Shown here piece after piece: positions 59,337 to 64,000 of a stretch of 64,000 nucleotides of DNA. This stretch comes from Chloroflexota bacterium (GTDB lineage Bacteria > Chloroflexota > UBA11872 > VXOZ01): the NCBI GenBank assembly GCA_964291655.2, contig OZ219802.1:96001-160000 (forward strand). Reading direction: 5' to 3'. The notes under the pieces are model-generated. The model worked only from the letters and a program-made list of their open reading frames with translations, ran no database searches and was not told the DNA's origin. Each line of letters begins with the position of its first letter. Position 1 is the first letter of the stretch. The position numbers and the translations under genes were made by a program.

Positions 59337-60140
59337 GTGATCATTGACGTACATTCCCACGTCAAGAACGACCACGAGATCACGGTTTCGTTGCGCAAGG
59401 CGCGGCGGCACGGCGTCATCCTGTGCATCAACGTCCTCAACGCCAACAACAATTATCCGCCAACGCTGCCCACGCCAGAGTATGTTGCCGCCTGCAACGA
59501 CCTTACCTTAAAGGTAGCCTCCGCTAATCCCGACTGCGTGATACCCATGTGGTATCTCAACCCCTACCACCCGCAGGAAATGCAGGCCGAATTGCTGCGG
59601 CGTGTCAAGGCCTGGGACGGCCATCAGGGCGCGAAGCTCTGGACCGGTGTGAAAGCCAACGACTCGCGTTTAGAAGGCATCTATCAAGTTCTTGCTGAAC
59701 ACAATCTGCCGGTTCTTCAACACACCTATATGGCGGTGACCGGCAACATGCCCGGCGAGACCAATCCCTTCGACATGCGCGAGGCCGGGCTGCGCCATCC
59801 GGACGTTCCCTTCTTCTTCGGTCACTCCGGCAGTGACATGGAATACGGCGCCAAGGCCGCCCAAGGCGTGCCAAACCTCTTCATGGACATCGGTGGCGGC
59901 GACGCCACTAATGGTTATACGGAAACGCTTGTGGAACACGCCGGAGCCGACCGCGTGGTCTATGGCAGCGATCTCAACGCACCCCGCTCGTTCATGTCGC
60001 AACTGGCGAAAGTGTACGGCGCAGCCATTTCCGATGAAGAGAAAGACCTGATACTTTGGCGCAATGCCTACGGCATCTTTTCGCGGCAGAGCGTGGCTTG
60101 GAGCCAGTTTGACCGGCATAGGGAGGCGGCCGGTCACTAG
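59337..60140 (+). CDS. Amidohydrolase family protein (Amidohydro_2), intact metal site
   Basis: IIDVHSH, VLQH, FGHSG and VVYGSD motifs. Confidence 0.85.
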   Translation: MIIDVHSHVKNDHEITVSLRKARRHGVILCINVLNANNNYPPTLPTPEYVAACNDLTLKVASANPDCVIPMWYLNPYHPQEMQAELLRRVKAWDGHQGAKLWTGVKANDSRLEGIYQVLAEHNLPVLQHTYMAVTGNMPGETNPFDMREAGLRHPDVPFFFGHSGSDMEYGAKAAQGVPNLFMDIGGGDATNGYTETLVEHAGADRVVYGSDLNAPRSFMSQLAKVYGAAISDEEKDLILWRNAYGIFSRQSVAWSQFDRHREAAGH

Positions 60141-60157
60141 GAGCCGGAGCACGGGCA

Positions 60158-60233
60158 TCCGTCACTCCGGCTTTCGCCGGAGTCCAGGAGGCCCAAAGAA
60201 GAGATGGATTCCCGCTTTCGCGGGAATGACGGA
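60158..60233. repeat. CGTC-type REP doublet (inverted pair of hairpins)
   Basis: tccgtcactccggc-tttc-gccggagtcca ... tggattcccgc-tttc-gcgggaatgacgga. Confidence 0.85.
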
Positions 60234-60291
60234 CAGTTTTCTCTTGTCACTCATGAGACTAGAGCCCACCAAAGCAGTTGGAGCGAAGTCA

Positions 60292-61122
60292 GTGATAGAC
60301 GCAAACGCATACATCGGAGAGTGGCCCTTCCGCCGCCTGAATCACGCGGCGCCGGACGCCCTACTGCGCAAGATGGACGCTCTCGGCATCGAGAAAGCAG
60401 TGGTCTCACGGCTGGAAAACGTCTTTTATAAAGACGTGATGGTCGGCAATCGAGAATTGCACAGTATCGTGCAAGAGCACCCGGACCGCCTGGTGCCGGC
60501 TTACACCATCAATTCCGCCATGCCGTGTTGGGAGCTGGACTTTAAGCGGTGCGTAGAGGAATATGGCATGCGCAACCTGCGCATCCACCCCAACTACCAT
60601 CAATTCACGCTGCTGGAACCGCACACGACGCGCGTCATGGATGCCAGCCTGGAAGCGTATGCGCAGTATCACATGCTCACCGGCAATGCCCTGGCACTAC
60701 TCGAGTGCGCCAAGACCCACGATCTCGTCGTGCTCCTCACTCTTACACTAGAAGACTCCCGTTGGCACCACTGGCACGTGAAGGTGCCACCCGTCACTAC
60801 TACCGATGCCGTAGAAGCCATCTGCACGTTCCCTGACCTGCGCTTTCTCGTGTGCACCGGCCGCTATGTCCATATAGCGGATATCTGGAAGCGCGCCTAC
60901 AAGAATGAAAACGTGTACTTTGACGTTTCCCGCGTGCAGGGACCGGTTGACGACATCGAGCAACTCTGCGCCCAAGTAGGAGCCGACCACCTGCTCTTCG
61001 GTACGAATTGCCCCATCTTCTATCCCGAATCTGCCAAGCTCAGCATCGAACACGCGGAGATTTCCGACCAAGAAAAAGAAGTGATGCTCTCCGCTAACGC
61101 GACACGACTGTTTGCACTGTAA
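60292..61122 (+). CDS. Amidohydrolase-fold protein with degenerate metal ligands
   Basis: IDANAYIGEWPFR in place of DxHxH, LRIHPNYH, LLFGTNCP. GGAG RBS before GTG. Confidence 0.8.
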   Translation: MIDANAYIGEWPFRRLNHAAPDALLRKMDALGIEKAVVSRLENVFYKDVMVGNRELHSIVQEHPDRLVPAYTINSAMPCWELDFKRCVEEYGMRNLRIHPNYHQFTLLEPHTTRVMDASLEAYAQYHMLTGNALALLECAKTHDLVVLLTLTLEDSRWHHWHVKVPPVTTTDAVEAICTFPDLRFLVCTGRYVHIADIWKRAYKNENVYFDVSRVQGPVDDIEQLCAQVGADHLLFGTNCPIFYPESAKLSIEHAEISDQEKEVMLSANATRLFAL

Positions 61123-61134
61123 AGGGAGTGCTCT

Positions 61135-62430
61135 ATGGCCAGCGCAACCAAGCTCGACGTTACACGTTCGGTTGAACTGTATGAAGAGGCCGTGCGCCTC
61201 ATGCCGGGCGGCTCGCAGACCAAAGGCAAGCGCCCAAGTCCTACCTTGTACGGCGCCATGCCGATATTCATGTCCCACGGCAGGGGTTCCCGTCTCTGGG
61301 ACGTGAACGGGAACAGCTACATTGACTACTATGGCGCGTCCGGCGGCGTCTTGCTGGGGTACTGTCACCCGGATGTCGACCGGGCCGTAGCGGAGCAACT
61401 TGAGAAGGGCATGCTTTTTAGCACGCCCTCGGAGCCGGAGATCGAGTGCGCCAAGCTCGTGAACGAGGTCGTGCCCTGCTCCGAGATGGTGCGCTTCCTC
61501 AAAGGCGGGGTGGACGTTAATCTCTGCGCAACGCGCATTGCGCGCGCGTACACCAAACGCGAGATCATTTTGAACAACGGCTATCGCGGCTGGGCGGACG
61601 AATGGAACTACTGGCGTAACGACGGCGGCATGCCGGCGGCCTTTCACACGCTAAATCAACAGTTCCGCTTTAACGACCTCAACCACCTGGAGGAACTCTT
61701 CAAGCTCAACGACGGTAAGGTCGCCGCCGTCTCCTTCGATTGCGCGGAACCGGCCAAGGAGCCGGAGCCGGGTTTCCTAGAAGACTTAAAGGACTTAGCG
61801 CACCGACATGAGGCCCTTGTCATCTACGACGAGTGCATGACGGGATTTCGGTTCGCCCTGGGCGGCGCGCAGGAGTACTACGGCGTGGAGCCGGACATTG
61901 CCACCTACGCCAAGGGCATGGCCAACGGCATGTCGCTGGGCGCGGTGGCCGGCAGGCGCGACATTATGGAAAAGACTGCCGACTGTTTGATCAGTCTGAC
62001 GTTTGGCGGGGAGACGCTTTCCCTTGTCGCGAGCATCGCCACGCTCCAAATCTGCCGCGACGAGGACGTGGCGGGGCACATCAACCGAATTTCGCAGGCG
62101 GTAATGGACGGCGTGGAAGAGGTCTCGCATCGCGTGGGCATCCCCATGGAGTCGTTCGGCCCGCCGGCGCTCTTTGGGATCCGCTTCATTGGCGGCGATG
62201 AGCCGCTGCCTGCCGAGGCCGGAACGTTCTTCTATACCGGCCTTGCCAAGCGCGGCGTGATGCTGAAGGGTAGTTGGAACAACGTGCTCTACGCCCACAG
62301 CGACGAGGACGTGGCGGAAACGCTGGAAGCGGTGGAGGATACCCTCCTTGACCTGCGGCGCGCGCGGGATGCCGGACGCGTGTCGGAGGAAGTGGCTGAG
62401 GCAACAGTGCCGTTCAATCGACCCTATTAA
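61135..62430 (+). CDS. Class III PLP aminotransferase (GSA-aminomutase-like)
   Basis: LWDVNGNSYID, LIYDE-type IYDECMTGFR and TYAKGMANG motifs. Confidence 0.9.
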   Translation: MASATKLDVTRSVELYEEAVRLMPGGSQTKGKRPSPTLYGAMPIFMSHGRGSRLWDVNGNSYIDYYGASGGVLLGYCHPDVDRAVAEQLEKGMLFSTPSEPEIECAKLVNEVVPCSEMVRFLKGGVDVNLCATRIARAYTKREIILNNGYRGWADEWNYWRNDGGMPAAFHTLNQQFRFNDLNHLEELFKLNDGKVAAVSFDCAEPAKEPEPGFLEDLKDLAHRHEALVIYDECMTGFRFALGGAQEYYGVEPDIATYAKGMANGMSLGAVAGRRDIMEKTADCLISLTFGGETLSLVASIATLQICRDEDVAGHINRISQAVMDGVEEVSHRVGIPMESFGPPALFGIRFIGGDEPLPAEAGTFFYTGLAKRGVMLKGSWNNVLYAHSDEDVAETLEAVEDTLLDLRRARDAGRVSEEVAEATVPFNRPY

Positions 62431-62465
62431 TGTAAGACTCGTATTCCCGCTCAGCAGGCCAAGAG

Positions 62466-62657
62466 GTGCTTCGACAAGGGCTTCGCGAAGCCCACTCAGC
62501 ACGAACGGATAGAGTGCTCAGATCTAGCGGTTGGCGAATTCTGCGGGAACGGAGATAGGCTCCGCACGAATGAAAAGTGGGGCCTACGAGACTTGGGAAC
62601 GCAATTGACCCAAGGGACCCGCCAAACCGTTCGCCCTGAGCTTGTCGAAGGGTGAAC
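62466..62657. repeat. Two REP-like CTTCGAC..CTCAG..CGAACGG elements in opposite orientation
   Basis: gtgcttcgacaa-gggcttcgcgaagccc-actcagcacgaacgg (62466-62508) and ccgttcgccctgagcttgtcgaaggg (62627-62652). Confidence 0.8.
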
Positions 62658-62737
62658 GTACACCGGCCAAAGCGATCGCACAAAGAAAAACGGCAAAAAG
62701 CTCTAACTGAACAAGCTTATCGTACGGTGAATCAACT

Positions 62738-63562
62738 ATGGCCACATTTCAATTGCCGGTGCGCTCCTATCGGGTCTACCCGCTGCCCGGTCAGGCGTAC
62801 GACGACCACAATTACGGCCACGTGCACAAGTCCGTAGAGCTTGATACCTCTAACACAGCCGTAGTCGCCATAGATATGTGGAACCTCGGCGGCGACGGCG
62901 AACCCATCATTCCCGGCGTGGACAAATACTGGGAGTACAACTACATGGGCGGGCACGGCGTGGCCAAGCGGGCAGGAACGATCATGAAAGAAGAAATTGT
63001 TCCCGTGCTGGCAGCGGCGCGCGAGGCCGGCGTGCCGGTAATTCACAACGAACCGCCCCAGATTCTCGCGCGCTATCCTTGGCATGAGCCGCCGGAACCG
63101 TCAAGAAAGTCCAATAGCGACAACCCCGACTGGCCGCCGCCTGAATTCCGCAGAGAACTGTTGGCCGAGTACTATAGCACGGTTTTTGGGCCCGGCTGTG
63201 AGGAACCATGGCGCGCCATCCGTGACAATTACGACTTTGCCGACTGCGTCAAACCGGACCCGCGCGACTTTCTATTCTCCCAGCCTCAACAAATAGAGCG
63301 TTTCCTCAAAGAACGCAAGATACTCAATCTCGTCTACGTAGGTTTCCTTTTGAACTTCTGCCTGCTCATGAAGCCCGGCGGCATCCTGCAGACCCGCAAC
63401 CGCTACCGCGCCATTGTACTGCGGGACTGTACCGCAGCCTCGGAGACGGCGTGGTCTACCGACGAGAACCTGATAACCAAGGCATTCATCCACTGGTTGG
63501 AGATTGGCGGTGCGCCCACCGCCACTGGTGAAGATTTCAGAGAGGCACTCTCACCCAAATAG
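62738..63562 (+). CDS. Isochorismatase-like cysteine hydrolase
   Basis: TAVVAIDMW, AREAGVPVIH, VGFLLNFC and VLRDCT motifs. Confidence 0.8.
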   Translation: MATFQLPVRSYRVYPLPGQAYDDHNYGHVHKSVELDTSNTAVVAIDMWNLGGDGEPIIPGVDKYWEYNYMGGHGVAKRAGTIMKEEIVPVLAAAREAGVPVIHNEPPQILARYPWHEPPEPSRKSNSDNPDWPPPEFRRELLAEYYSTVFGPGCEEPWRAIRDNYDFADCVKPDPRDFLFSQPQQIERFLKERKILNLVYVGFLLNFCLLMKPGGILQTRNRYRAIVLRDCTAASETAWSTDENLITKAFIHWLEIGGAPTATGEDFREALSPK

Positions 63563-63656
63563 ACATGCTTTGAAACGGAAGGGGGTTGTAAGTGCAATCG
63601 CTTCAGAGAGTGCATGGGGAACAGTCTGATGCAAGGAATGTCTCAGGAGGATAGAC

Positions 63657-64000
63657 ATGAGTACTACACTCAGTAGTCTGAGTCGACGACGCTTTCTCGC
63701 CGCAGCAGTAGGCCTCAGCGGAGCCAGTCTCTTGGCCGCCTGTGGCGTGGTCCAGGCTCCGGCCGCAGCACCGGAAGCCGATGAGGCGCCGCAGGCTGAA
63801 GAAGCCCCCACGATGGAGGCCGCAACTATCAACGTGCGCTGGATTGTCAACGTCGCGGAGAACGCGCAAGCCTTTGAGGACGGGGTCATTAACCGGTTCA
63901 GGGAAATGCACCCCGACATTGACCTCAATTACGAGGCCTCACCTTACGGAGCGCATTATGAGAAGATGCTGGCCGAACTGGCCGCCAATGAGGCGATTGA
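63657..64000 (+). CDS. Extracellular solute-binding lipoprotein (Tat), 3'-truncated
   Basis: AGGAGG RBS, SRRRFL, LLAAC lipobox, FREMHPDI. Open to the window end. Not in the supplied ORF track. Confidence 0.82.
   Translation, partial: MSTTLSSLSRRRFLAAAVGLSGASLLAACGVVQAPAAAPEADEAPQAEEAPTMEAATINVRWIVNVAENAQAFEDGVINRFREMHPDIDLNYEASPYGAHYEKMLAELAANEAI

Noticed and set aside
61135-62430. hemL assignment
   Set aside because: Lacks the typical GGVNSPVR and NSGTEA motifs, and the context is catabolic.

Overview
Chromosomal segment from a moderately GC-rich bacterium. Chloroflexota is inferred from the YFPETGH/QYFQRARFE surface repeats, the orphan Tat-lipoprotein solute-binding proteins (SBPs) and PspA-PspAA. 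Contents: (1) an islet downstream of tRNA-Leu(TAG) with a truncated HEPN/AbiU2-like gene, a displaced 27-nt copy of the tRNA 5' half, a class II Fic protein and a NarL-type two-component system; (2) scattered catabolic and transport genes (iolB, DegT aminotransferase, TIM-barrel isomerases, nupC, MDR, C45 hydrolase, crcB, tatC) and four tRNAs; (3) an envelope-stress region with pspA-pspAA flanked by two paralogous SBPs, and an MprAB-like pair, htrA and two paralogous membrane/BON-like proteins; (4) aspS and a co-oriented lon-dnaK-grpE-dnaJ-hspR-clpC cluster with a HAIR operator over its promoter; (5) a catabolic cluster with two unknown 347-aa paralogs and a pair of amidohydrolases. The non-coding DNA holds REP-like palindromes, short tandem arrays and three structured-RNA candidates I cannot assign (about 8.5-8.8 kb, 19.9-20.2 kb and 41.1-41.3 kb). 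No CRISPR array, integrase or transposase was recognised. All folds and family calls were made by eye.
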